Assembly: GCF_018977255.1 (NCBI RefSeq)
Contig: NW_024704743.1
Location: 104,100,001-104,164,000 of the forward strand
Direction: 5' to 3'
DNA from: Callorhinchus milii
Lineage: Eukaryota
DNA length: 64,000 nucleotides
Positions 12,246 to 25,284 of this stretch are shown here, piece after piece; the stretch's first letter is position 1; each line of letters begins with the position of its first letter. The position numbers and the translations under genes were made by a program. The notes below the pieces were generated by a model. The model worked only from the letters and a program-made list of their open reading frames with translations. It was not told where the DNA came from and did no database searches.

Positions 12246-14501
12246 GTACAAAATTTGATTCAACTGGAAAAATGTTGAGTAGGTTTGTGTGTAGATGGTA
12301 CCTTGGAGTTACAAAAAACTGAAGTTAGTGCAGTATTTTTTCTGGTACATATTCCGTGAGAATATTACACAACTAGCTTTTAACTACATTAACTAGAACC
12401 TACATTAATGCAACATTTATGTCATTAACTGTTGCTAATGTTCCCAATTTAATGGGTAGGTTGTAATATATGATAAAATATGAACATTGAAGAAAACATG
12501 GAAACACATGGATTTCAGCTTTTGCTACAGCTTTGGCTACTAAGATGAAAAGCAGGAATCTTAGGAAAACTTGTTTGGCACATTCTGTGGAATATTGTAT
12601 TTTTCAATGAATGCTGAATGTGATCTTTCAAAAATACATTTCTAGTGGATTGTTTTCTCAGTAGAACTGAAAATTACTATGTTTATAGTAATTGACAAAA
12701 TGGGAGGAGAATTTTCCCAGCTTGTAACACCACTGAAATTAGTCTTCCAGAAATATGAAAACTATCTTTGCAAAATTCCTAACATCCTGGTTTTATGGGG
12801 AAGGGGAGCTGTTTATTGCCAAATTGATGCATTGTCTTTGTTATGCTTTTCAAAAATGTTATACTTTAATGCATATTTGTACCGCTGATTTGACACCAGT
12901 GAGATTTGATGTTCACTTATATAAGATCCTAATCTCTTCAGGTCCTACACCTTGCAGTATAACTTGGGAATTGCAGTGTTTTTTTTTAAAAAGAACTGTA
13001 AACAACAATTTACATTGATATAGTAACTTTCAGGTGGGGTAGCATCTCAGGCCGCTTAAGAGTTTTAAAAACAAAATTTACAAGGTTCTGGATAGTACAC
13101 TGATCCACCTAACATTTTTAATGCTTATTAATAGTTTTCATGGAGATGTTTCTTCGTTGGTGAAGTGCATCGAGTATTCATTTCTGGTCCTGTGGTTTGG
13201 TCAGTCTTTTTTGTTTGTCTTCTAGGAAAGATGAATTTCCTTTGAGGACGAACAGTGCAAACTTTAGGAGACTTAAACTGAACCTAAATTTTCTTCTGCA
13301 AGTATCCTATAAATTGAATGTGACTTAATTCTGTCCTGTTGATTAATGGATTTCAACCAATGCAGAATAAATGTTACCTCATACTGTACTTCCATCAAAC
13401 GAATGGTGCCTTGTGCAGTTTTCATAGCAATTTAAAATGTACCAGAGACCAATCGTTGTCTAATTGTTCATTGAAAGCAAACGGGCTTGGAGAGTGAATA
13501 AAGTGACGTTAGCAAGGAGAAGAGGAAATTGAAGATTAACAATGTTGGAGTCATGTTCTGGGAAGAAAAATCTTTTTTCAACTAACAGTTGAAAAAAATA
13601 TTGCTACACAAAGCAGGAAGTGACTGTTGGGGACCCGATTACCCAGAAGTTGGCCTTTTCTGTTTCTTGTTATTGTATGAATTCCAACAATCACATTATA
13701 ATAGGCCTCCCCTATAGTCTGTGAAACATAACAGGCATTTATATTTTTATATTAATTGCCTCATTGTCTGTTTCATGTAGTGTGCCAGACCAACAAATTT
13801 GATTTCCCCGCATTGTGCAAATATTTATCGAATTGCCCTTCAGCAATATGTGTAATATATTTCACATATTTGTGTCTGGCTGCTTTGGGAGAAGTTCAAC
13901 ATGGGGTTAATCTGGCGGTGCACCTTATATCCCATCAAATGTGGGAAGTCATTTTTTTAAAATCTAATTTTCTAATGAATGGTGGTTTCATTTGCAAACA
14001 GGAAGTTTCTATTAGCACAGAAATATACAGTTTATACATTGCCTTCTCACCCCCCCTTATCTTTAAATACATATTGAACTTGCTAATTAACTTTAGCTCA
14101 TTATAACGTGTACGCGGAATGGCTATACATCCATTCATTGCTGAATCTAGTTAATATTTTAAATATTAATCACTTTGATTTTTGATAGTTGAGGAACATA
14201 AGACACTAATTTAACATAGATACTTGTTGCACCTTTGTATAATTTGTGCCCCCTTTATTGCTATGTGAATAGGTCAATTAATCATGGAATGTGAATGCAA
14301 TCTGTTTTGCAAATCATTATAGCAAAAGGCAATATTCGGTCCATTGTGAAATGTTTTGTCTGACAATATCTAATTATTTGCATTTAAGATTAAATTTCCT
14401 TCCTCCTTGCTTCTCTTCCCCAACCCTACCATGACAAAGTGTTCAATGTATTTTTTATGTTGAATTAAGAACAGAAGAGTTATTTGTTCCGTTTCTCTCA
14501 G

Positions 14502-14760
14502 GAGCAAGATGTAATGTGCTTTGAAGATAGTAGTGACGATGATGACCACACGCTGAGGATCTTTGATGAACTCAAAAATAAATATTCTTGTGTCAAGGCC
14601 AACAATAAAAGGTTGATTCAGGAACTTAAAAAAGTCAAGACAAAACTCCACTTTGCTGAAGAAAGACAAAAAGAATATGAACATATGGCTTCTGAGCTAC
14701 AAAGACTGAGGGACCTCAACATGGATCTTCAAAATGCACTACTTTTGAAGTTATTTAGAT
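14502..14760 (+). CDS. BEND5-like: BEND5-like coding exon 3 (coiled coil)
   Basis: Acceptor gtttctctcAG. ...KEYEHMASELQRLRDLNMDLQNALLLKLF matches BEND5 KEYGALVSEMKELRDLNRRLQDVLLLRL. Donor T|GTAAGT, phase 1. Confidence 0.9.
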
Positions 14761-16269
14761 GTAAGTTTCATCTTCAGAGGAAAAAAAGTTTGTTTGATTT
14801 CAGATGACAAACTAGTGACTTGGGTGTGATGAGGGGTAGGTAAATGAGGTCTGACTCAAAAAGTGACGTATTTTACTCAGAATGTCGGAATCAAGTCATC
14901 ATTCTGTGTCCGTCTCAGTAGTCTGGTTCCTGAGTCAAGCAGATCTGCAGACAAATCATTAACCATTTTAACTGGTTAATCGCCAGCAGTACCCCCAATG
15001 TACACCGTGGAGACCCCAAGCCTCGGCTCTCACCAAACTGCTCCAAATACTCACTGGAGTTAGCAATCGGAGAGAGCGTGTACGTTCCATTCACGGGAAT
15101 ATCCATAATAAATAATCGTTGCATTTGATATACCACCTTATCACGCTGTTGAGATGTCTCAAAGTGCTTCACAGAATATACTGTAAAGTAGAGTGACTGT
15201 ATTTTGTGGATGAATCCATGTGTAAATGGATTCTATATATGTAGAACTCTGTCTGGTTTGGATATACTTAAGTATATGGTAATGATTTTCCGCATGAGTC
15301 AGATATCCTTCTGACCAAAAAAAGGAGTGAAAAAAATCATGAGTGTATTATTCCCATGACTATGTAAATTCTGATAAATTAATCTTTGTTGAATTGTCTA
15401 ACTTTTTACATCCTTTCATGTATTACTCTGCCCTGCAACAGTTCGTGGCAGTTTAGGTTTAGCAAAGCACATTCTAGGTACTAAACTTTAAAACCTTAAG
15501 CCTGGTAAATAAATTGTGCAGTTAGTGAGATGTAATAGCTAATCATTTAATGTACACTGGAAATTTAATACAGTGTACTCCGTAAAATTGCATGGACAGA
15601 TCCATGCAACTTTTTACTTGTATGGGGTATGCAATTACCTGAAGTTAATTAGTCGCATCATCTTCTCGTTGCTCTCCGCGCTGCCACTCTCCATGCTGTC
15701 GCTCTTTGTATCTCCCACTCCAGCTCTCTTTCCATCATTGTCTGTGCTGCCTCTCTTTATACCTCCCGCTCATCTCTTCCCATCGCTCTTTATGCTGCCG
15801 CTCCCTGCACTGCCTCTCTTTATACTACCCATTTAGCTTGCTTCCTGTCGCTCTCCCTGCTGCCTTTTTTTAAACACCCGTTTCATCTTTTTTTCCAGTT
15901 GTTCTCAGCGCTTCCTCTCTATGCCTCCCGTTTCACTTTCATCCATGCTTCCTTCCATACATACACCTCAAGGGGCCAACTCCTCAACCAATGTAATTAT
16001 CCAATCTAATACATGTACAAATGAAATTGACAGGCTATCTTTCATGCAATTAAGTGAATTACACAGTTATCTGGTACACATTTGAGTGGAGTGCAGTACC
16101 ATGCAAACAAATAGTGAATATTCAGTTCCCAGAAATTGCTATGCAATTAAATGGGAGCATGTAATTATCCTATATGCAATTAAGTGGAATATACTGTATT
16201 TGTAATGTTTCTTAAAGAAATTCATGTGCTATAATGTCTAGTCTCAATGTTGCAAAGTGCTTCCCTGGT

Positions 16270-16745
16270 AATTGCTGTCACATGTTGTGACTGTATATTT
16301 GTAGGCAAACAAGGCAGCCAACAATGTCCTACATACAGGCATGAAATAAATAAATTAATCATTTATCTGGAAGATTGTTGGCCAGGACATAGGATGAAAC
16401 TCCCTTGTACTTTCAAAATAGTATGCAGGAGGAAATTCTTGTGAGTGGTAGGTGCACAGCCTTTGGCAAAGGTGGTCATTAATCAGATTTCCCATTATGC
16501 TCACCCACAGCCAAAGATGCTGCATGTAACGCTTATCAGAAGTTTTACCCAATGTGATCTTTGAAGTGCTTTTGAACAGGTAGATGGAATCTTGGTTTAA
16601 TATTTCATCCAAAAGACTGCGCCTCTGACAATGTAGTGCTTCCCCAGAGAGAACTGGAGTGTCATCTTTCACTGTAAGCTTGGAGAACTGATGTAGGCCT
16701 TTGAACCCACAACCTTTTGACCCAGAGGCTGGAGTGTTGCCACCT
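16270..16745 (-). mobile_element. Ancient DeuSINE (SacSINE1-like)
   Basis: The reverse strand has a tRNA-like head (ggtggcaacactccagcctctgggtcaaaaggttgtgggttcaaa) and gacactccagt...gcactacattgtcagaggcgcagtcttttggatga. Related copies lie at about 18422-19160 (+) and 36950-37270 (-). Confidence 0.65.
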
Positions 16746-18510
16746 GAGTATAAAGCTGATAATCACTTGGAACAATTCACTGAAATTTGTGTGGTGCATG
16801 GCATGCTGGAGTACCAGTGTTGGGCACATGTTTCTTCGCTGAATTCTTGATCGCCACTTAGAAAAAAAGTGTTACTGGGCTGCTTGCACACTTCTTTAGT
16901 TGTCCATCTTAAACAGCTGATGCTTAGGAGCCGGTCACTCAACTACTCAGTCAGATCAGAGGGTGAGGAAAACCTTGGTACCTCTACAGTCAGCCATTTA
17001 GTTTGGGATTCACTTTGGTGGGGGGTGATTCCAGTGCCCGTCTATTAGAACATGTTGAAGAGATATTTTTGGCATCTTGAAGAGTTGTCATGTCAGGACT
17101 CTGGCTCTTCCAAGCTAATCTGGTGATATAGTTTACATCTTGAAATGCTGTTCATTTTAACGCAAGCCATTGCCTCTGGACTTATCCAAAGTGGTTCTAC
17201 CCTTGGAAATCAGTATTGGTGCACTAACATATATACCACTCAGGCATCCTATACTGCAAGCCTTTAGTGTATGTTTCACTGGTACCGGATCATTTGCAAA
17301 ATTTGTGTTTTGATTATGTGCTGTTTATAGTTTCTTCAAATTATTCACATCATAAGTGCTTTGATTTTGTTACAGCTTTTATGAAATAATGAAAATTATT
17401 TAGCTTTTAAATTTGCTGTTCCTCAGTACTATCCATTGCCTGGTTGGCATCCTGGAGCTTTCTCTAGCTTACCCACGCGTACGGAAGCTGCATACGATCA
17501 TTTGGGTAATTAACCACTGAAATAAGGTTAGCCACTAAGAGTAGTTGAGGCCAGGATCTGAACTCTTAAGCAACAAACCGGTTGATATTGTGATGGGAGG
17601 ATGGGATGGTGGGATCAAATGCATCGAAGGGCCTTCTTCCAAACCTCTCTTGTGATTAGGTAGACATGTTTTCATATGTAGTGCAGGTTTCATTGCCAGT
17701 TTCTGGTAAGATTTGACTATCAACAAACAGTTAAATAATTTTGCAAAAGAAGATTAATAAATAATAATAATAATCCTTGAATTGCAATGATTAGATGAGA
17801 ATATTAATAGTAGAAAGGGATAGTTCTAGTGTAAAATATGTTCTTCCCTGTGATGTCATGCAAAAGTAATTTCTGAATTCCTCTCCACAGCCTAAAGGAG
17901 TCCAGAAATTATAGGTCTGCAAGTCAGCTCAGCTGATTTTAGCAACTGTTCCATCAGCAGCAGCTCCACATGGTCTCTGGCAGTGGTCATCCATGACTGA
18001 AAAAAGATGCTAGTGAGTGGTAACTTGCTGATATCAGCTGAACAACTCTTTGCAACTATCAGAGCAAATATCCATGAAGCTGTGGTGAGGAGATTAAAAG
18101 TAAGATTCTTCCACATTTTATTCAACCTCCACATACAAAAGGGAACTTCCATCAGCCAAAATAAAAAAAAATCACAGTAGGAATAAGGGAACCTGCTCAA
18201 AATAATATGTTCAGGTCCGGATTAGTTAATGAATTAAGAGAATGCTCTGAACAAAACGATTCGACAGCACAAAGAAATCGGAAGGAAGACATAAGGTTAC
18301 TGAGACACTTCGGCAAGACTGGGACTACATTCCATTGTAGTGCTGTGGGTAAGCTACATTATCGGAGTGCTATCCTCTGGTTGAGTAGTTAACCTAATCT
18401 GAAAGTTCAGCCAAGGTATAAGTCTGGCTCAGATGGTAGCACTCTTGCAGCTGAGTCACAAGGTTGCGGGTTCAAGCTCCATGTCACGACTTTGAACTCA
18501 TAGTCTAAGC

Positions 18511-18598
18511 CAGTAGTGGCCAACCAAGGAAATAAATGTTCTTGATTTATGGCTTACATCAGCCTAGACCAGTTGAGGCCATGGGTTGGCCATCACTA
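18511..18598. mobile_element. 88-bp hAT-type MITE inserted in an ancient DeuSINE
   Basis: TIRs CAGTAGTGGCCAACC / GGTTGGCCATCACTA; 8-bp TSD GTCTAAGC / GTCTAGGC. Confidence 0.75.
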
Positions 18599-20346
18599 GT
18601 CTAGGCTGACACTCCAGTGCAGTGTTGGGGAGCACTGCATTGTCACAGATGTTGTTCAGGTTAGACTTTAGAGTTCAGGAAGACGAGAGATCCCATGGCA
18701 CTATTCATAAAAGATAAGAGAGTTTCTTCTGGTTTCCTAGCCAACCATCCCCCAGACAAAATTGTTCAGTTCCAGCCTTCTGCATGTCTCCCGTTCCCTC
18801 TACCATGCCATCAGCCTCTGTGTCCTGAAACTGAACTCCCTGCATCAATTCCTCCGCCTTGATCATTTTCATATTTCACCCGAAGACTTTCCGCTTCGAC
18901 TGTGCCTAAGGTCGCCTCTCCGTCTCTGTGTCAAGCTCCGCCATCGTTAAAGCATTCTGAAATGTTTTCCAGTATGAAAGGTGTTACATAAATTCAAGTT
19001 GTTATCATTCATTCATGGTATTGGTGGGACATTGCTTGTGGCAAATTGGCTGCCAGTTTCAACCACAAAAAACAGTCACTCCACTTTACAATATACACTG
19101 TGAAGTGTTTTGGGACATCCTTCTGATGTGAAAGGTGCTATAGCAAATGTAAGGATTATGATAAAGATTATTGACAACTTCATCCAACATTGAGCAAATG
19201 TTTGGTGTCAATGACAAACTTGTTTTAGTTGAGTGACTACAGCATTAACATTTCTAACTTGCTCAAACTTGTATTTAAGCTTTCTGACCAGCAACCCAAA
19301 TGAATCACCTCATGTTATTTCATTCTTAATTCAGGTTGATCCCAAGATTCAATAAAGGAAGAACAAAAATAGGGTATGATGGATTATCTTTTAAGAGATG
19401 TTTGTTGGAGTCCTTTATAGTTATCTCAGTTATTGGGATGGTATCGCAGCATATATTTGGCTTTGCTAAGATGGTCACTGAGGTGTCTCCTGCTGTAAGG
19501 CATGGGTCAAGCTCTGACATTAATGGGTACAAGAACTCAGCAACATCACGCAATGCCTTTGCACTTTCAACTTCTAATTGCCTGTTTTCTATCTTGATTT
19601 TGGCAGGGGAATGGTTTCATTTTCCAGGTACTTCTTCAGCTAGTGACTTGGGACAGAGCATTCCTTTGCTCCATATTCAACATTGATTTCTTTTGTGAAC
19701 AATGCTCAATTGCTTCCCAATTAGGAGCACAATTACCATAATATCTTTGATATGAATAAGAACTCTGTAGATTCAGTGAATGCGCTAGTGAGTCATGTTT
19801 TTCCAGATGTATTTTTTATTATTATGCACTAATTTTTCTTCAATAAACCTAAAAAGTACTAGGTGGCAGGACATGACACAGGAGAGGGATGGATTTGGGA
19901 TTGATAGATCATTAAAACAATTTTTATTAGCATAGTGTGTAGTAACCGTAAAAAGATCTAATAGGATGGCAGGATATACAGCATAAGTGATGGAGGATAT
20001 GTCAGGAAGTGGTGCTGAACTTGTGCAGGACACCTCCTGGAGAAGTGGTGTAGAACTGTTTATTATTTAAGTTATTTGATGAAAGGAATCCAGCCATCTC
20101 CTCAAGGAACAGTTTGAGCACCGAAATACACCATTTATTAAAAACTAAACAGCTTTATTAAGCATCAAGTCAGAAATGAAAGCTAAGGGTAGACGAAAGG
20201 GGAGATTTCTACATGGAAATATAATAAATTAAGAAAAGAATACTTGGAATTGGTAATACAACTGGAACTCAAGTTAAAATGGAAATTTACTGTTATCTGG
20301 CGGGAGATCTTGATTAGGTTGAAACTGTTAAATAAACTATTTTGAA

Positions 20347-20920
20347 AACAACAACAAATTCCATTTGTATAGCTCCTTTCAAGTCAGGAGGACGTCCCAA
20401 GGCGCTGGACAGTCAGGGATCTGCACCTGAGCTGGTAGTTGGGATCAAAAGGGTTGGAAGGCAGGGAGGGTAGGGGTGGCAGGGTGACCGGAGAGGAGAG
20501 TATTGCGACTGGTCTTGAAGGAGTCAGGAGGAGCGAGGAGGAGGTACTGTGAGATGGAGTTCCACAGGGTGAAGGCAGAGAGGCTAAAAGCCCACCTGCT
20601 AATGCTGGGACAGACAAGGTAGGGGACGTGAAGCAGGCCGGAGCCGGCTGAGCAGATGGAGCGGACAGGTTGGTAGGGAATTAGGAGGTCACAGAGGTAG
20701 GGAGGCGCAAGGCTGTGGAGTGCTTTGAAGGTGACCAGAATCTAGAACTATTCTTTGAGTGATGGGGAGCCAGTGGAACCGGGCGAGGATGTGAGTGATA
20801 GGGTCGCGGAGCCTGGTGCAGGAGAGGACACGGGCTGCAGAGTTCTGGATGATCTGCAGCCTATGGAGGGAGGAGTTGGGGAGGCTGGCAAGCAGGGTGT
20901 TTGGGTAGTCGAGCATGGAT
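20347..20920 (-). mobile_element. L2 LINE 3' fragment
   Basis: LDYPNTLLASLPNSSLHRLQIIQNSAARVL...FHWLPI, ending in the stem-loop tail and (TTG)n. Confidence 0.85.
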
Positions 20921-22985
20921 GTGATGGCAGTTTTGATGCAGCTTGCTGATAACTCTAAACCTGTTATATTACATACATTTAAGAAACAACACAGATAATT
21001 TCTGCTTAAAGAAGTCGGTTAGAGTCTATTTGCCAGAGTTCAACAGTCCTCCTTTAATCTTGCAATACTGGAAGATCCTACCTTCTCATCATCCTGGGTC
21101 TGTTGCTCGCATTTGTATTTTGTCCTTGTTAACTCGTGTATTTCCACTTTGACTTCTTTTCGGGTTTCTTTTAACCGTGAATGGAAGTGGCTTTTAGTGC
21201 TCTCTGGTGTGCTCTTTTTCAAAATCTCTGCATGATCTTCAAATATGCAAAATAGTATTGAAATGTACTTTCAAACATACAAAGTAGTATCGGATTTTTT
21301 ATGCAAGGTTTATACTGTGCATTTGACAGCAAATTGTTGCGATTTTGGCACCAACTCACCACCGAAGGTGCAGTATAAACTGGGACTCAGCAGCAGCAAT
21401 TGTGGTTCTGGAGATAGTTACTCCCTCACAATTGTGGGCTGTAAAATACAGCTGTACTCACATGCCCATGCTGCAATGAAAATACTCTGGCTCTCCATTT
21501 AATCTGGCCCATGAGTTTTCAATCCATCGTTTTCTAAATGATCTTAAAGAGCTGGTTAAATGAGGTGGGTGGTGGGGGTGGTGTTGCGGAATTTGCAGCA
21601 ACTTGAAGCTTAAATCGGACTTCCTGTTCCATTTGCTAAGCTGCTAGGAGTAAAGTGTCATTGTTCCCAGCAGTCTAACACTAGTAATGTGGCATCAATA
21701 CACCACAATAGTGTTTGCTCAAGTTTTTGCGACTGGCTTGAATGCTCTGGATTGAAAAAAGATTCTATGGATATTCCCGAATAGACTTGACCCAATTACC
21801 ACACTTATGAGAGGTGTGATGTACAATGTTCTCTGTGAGAACTGACAACTTTTGTGAATTTGTGTTAGAATTCTTCATCACTCGTTTTTACTTGTGTTCT
21901 GTTACATTATCGCTTTTCCTCCCCATCTGACTTTCTCTGTTGACCCCGTGGCTAGGATTTTAATGCACATAGCATTTTTATCCCACATTGTGTTGTGTCC
22001 ACCAAGACTTCCACAAGGCAGTGGATGGATTTGTAAGACAGTTTCAGTGTAATGTGAAAAACCCAACACATTGTGTATGATCCATTGTGTGTCCTGATGC
22101 AATATTTGTAAGTGGAGGTGCTCAAATACATTCTACTTCTGGCAGAGGGATGCCATAATGCAGGCATTACTATTTAAAATTCATGTTACTCATACTGTGC
22201 TTTAGAACCCAATGACAATTACACTGCACACTAATGCTGCTGGTATTCATTATCAAACAGGTGGGCAGTGGATGAATAGGTAAATAAAATTTGTGTTAGC
22301 CAGAGAATACTGACCTCACACACTGCACACTCCTGCCTTCTCCAGAACTTGGGACACTATTATATAGGCACTTAAGCAACATATGACTCGCTACATTTGG
22401 GTTTGAATAAAAATTTCCTCCAGGATTCTTAAAAATACAGTATTAAAAAAGTTTCCTCCCTTAACTTAAAGTACTAATGAAACAAAAATGTATTGGAAAT
22501 TTCAGCCAGTGTTGCATAATATAAATTAAATATAAAATGCTTTGAAACGTATGCATGATTAACTTAATATGGAAACATTTCATTTTTGGTGGAAGGTTAA
22601 ATGCCCGGTATTATCAACATTACTTGGAAATCATAGTTTTTTGATAATTTTTTTTAACAATCTCAACATTAATTGTCTAAGTGTGGCAAAGTGCAACCAC
22701 ATCTTTCACTATCTTGTTTCCTTCATTCTCCCAAATAATTTAATTTATGTTCATCATCTTGTCTCTGTTTTCTGATTATTTTCATTTTCACTCCCTATTC
22801 AATCTTTAATAATATTTCCTGTAATTTGAATTGTTGAAGGTGGTTGTTCAATGAGATTCCAAAACAATAAATATGGTGACTATATTAGGTAATTTACATT
22901 GAATTGATTTCTTTATAAACCATACTAAGTACTTGGATTGAGTTTTTAATTTTTCAAATTGATTTTAATATTTTTGCATTTTCAG

Positions 22986-23275
22986 TGCCAGAACAGTATC
23001 ATGGATCGAATCCTGAAGAAGAGCTGATTGAGCATGCGGCAACAGATAGGCTGATTTCCAGTACTCCAGTAACATCCATTCTTCAAGACCATTTTAACAT
23101 GCAACAGAGAGCATACGGCTGCAAGAAAAGTCCACATGTTTTACCGACTCCCAGTACCTCCAATCATCTGGAGAGCCAACTTGAAAACGGGAACATCATG
23201 GTGCCATGTTCGTGGGGTTCAACCCAAGCCATTGCTGTAGCTCAGCCTAATGTTTACGCTGTACAAGATGGAAAG
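22986..23275 (+). CDS. BEND5-like: BEND5-like coding exon 4 (linker)
   Basis: Acceptor tttttgcattttcAG. Open frame ending YAVQDGK (BEND5 has YILDNGK). Donor AAG|GTAATG, phase 0. Confidence 0.85.
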
Positions 23276-23729
23276 GTAATGTCAGATTTATGTATTAGAA
23301 ATACATTTCTATATTTTACGTATATAAGCTAATTTGGGAAATAAAGATTCTAATCCATGTTTTGGTAATATATGTTTTTTTACTATTTATCTCCAGACGA
23401 TCATCTCAGTGTTTGATTGTGGTGTTAATTTTAGGTTCCATCAGCCATTAATTTAGATGGAGTAAAGGGACTTCCCTGCTGTGGCTATTATAAACAAACT
23501 TGTGTTTTTTTTCTTTCAGTTATCCTAGTTTATAATCCCCTCCAAATCTATGCCCACAAATTGACTGCTCATTTCATTGTTGCATATGGGACATTGCTGA
23601 CGCAGTTTATCTGCTGCATTTGCTTATATAACAACATTAACTTAATTTCTGATCAATTATATTTTGTAAAGTGCCTTCTTTCTACATGAAAGGTGCTATA
23701 TAATTGCAAGTTGTTGTTGTCGTCAATAG

Positions 23730-23940
23730 GTCCACATTGGAGCTAATATATGGATTGACGAGGACAAATGGGAGACTGTGAAACGTCAGCCAAGTGATTC
23801 AAGATTTACAAAGTGTTTGGCAGTAGCTGTCTGGGGAGTGGAAACGCTAAAAGACAGGAGTGTCACTGGAATTGCATGCAATTCAACAAAGTCATCACCT
23901 AAACCACCTCTTTCCCCTTATAAAGTGCAAGTTATTAAAG
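23730..23940 (+). CDS. BEND5-like: BEND5-like coding exon 5 (BEN domain); absent from the supplied ORF track
   Basis: Hand translation VHIGANIWIDEDKWETVKRQPSDSRFTKCLAVAVWGVETLKDRSVTGIACNSTKSSPKPPLSPYKVQVIK, compared with BEND5 VHLGSGIWVDEEKW...DSKYTKNLAVMIWGTDVLKNRSVTG...PKPPLSPHK. Acceptor aatAG, donor AAG|GTAATT, phase 1. Confidence 0.92.
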
Positions 23941-25033
23941 GTAATTTTGTAGAATAGGGACAATTTTTAATCTTAAAACAAATGTTTAACTTTCTGAGTT
24001 TCTTTCCATCATACATCATATCAGTATATCTGCACTAAATGGGACTGGCCATGTTATGTTTACGGAAAATGGCAGGTAACAGGTCATTAAGCATAGTACA
24101 GTGTTAACTAAAAACTTCCTGGACCAGAAATTATGCTGTCACAATAGTACCACAATACTACTGCTTCCATTCCCTCCCCATGTTGTGCCTTCTCCTCTCC
24201 CTCCATGCTAACTGCCCTCAGCATGGTATCAGCCCCTCTATTTGTCTTCCCCTCTAACCTTTTACTGTACACTACTTGTGTCAGAGCAGTCACTAACTCC
24301 TGTTGCTAGAGTTCAAGTGTGCAAACTGGAAAAATATGTCGCAGGTTACAGATACGCATTCTAAAACTTATGAATTGTGCAACTAAAGTTTTGTTGTGTT
24401 AAAATTTCATCACAATTTTTTAATCTAGGATTTTGGCTCTTAAACTAATCATAGTACCAAACTGTTGTTCCAGGTTTTAGATTAGCTAACTCAAACCATG
24501 ATTTGAACTTGTAAATTTCCCACAGAGATGAATTGTCTGAACTGTGAATAGTTCAGTGCCACTTCTACTATCTTTGTAGAATATAATGAAATCTGAATTG
24601 CCAAGCGTTCCTAATGCTGATTGATAATGCCTAGATTTTAGCATTAAGCAAACTTAGAAATTCTTTTCCAGGCAGACTTGCATGTGTATGCCTTTATGGC
24701 GAATGAAACATAGACTACAAAATTAATGACATATTACAGATGAATTCAAATTTTATAGTGATCGGAATTATGTTTCTTGCTTTGTACAATTTAAATGTTT
24801 CATGACTGCTTTGGAAATGTTTACTTTATGCAGGCGTTGATGAGCTCATCAAACCTATTTCAGTTGTTCTCGTTTTCTTATGTCGTTTTATTTTTATGTA
24901 AATTTTCTACTTGACAAATATATTTACTTTAAAACAAACATTGTTGGCAAATTCCATGATTGTTTTAATATTTTAAAAGTATTCAATATGACTTATTTAT
25001 AGAACTAAATACTTGTGTTTCTTCCCTTCACAG

Positions 25034-25284
25034 AACAATTGTTGAATAGAATAAGACAAGATGCCAAAGATGATAATGAAATTCATAAGCGACTAAATAA
25101 AGTGAATCGATATATAGGGGAGAAAATAATGGACATTAATAAACAATGGCGAAAAGCCAAAGCAGACTTATCAAAATTTAGGAACTGTGAGTGTGAGATG
25201 GGGCTAAAATGTGAAACTCATGCTGATTGTGAAAGATCTGAGGTACCTATCAAGGAAGAGATTGAAACATTTATCTACGAGTAA
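25034..25284 (+). CDS. BEND5-like: BEND5-like coding exon 6 (end of BEN domain, stop)
   Basis: Acceptor cttcccttcacAG. EQLLNRIRQDAKDDNEIHKRLNKVNRYIGEKIMDINK matches BEND5 ECLYDRIAQETVDETEIAQRLSKVNKYICEKIMDINK. TAA ends at 25284. The six exons total 1383 nt = 460 aa plus stop. Confidence 0.92.

Noticed and set aside
24836..24851. 16-bp palindrome TTGATGAGCTCATCAA in BEND5-like intron 5
   Set aside because: Single occurrence with no hammerhead or snoRNA context; compatible with chance.
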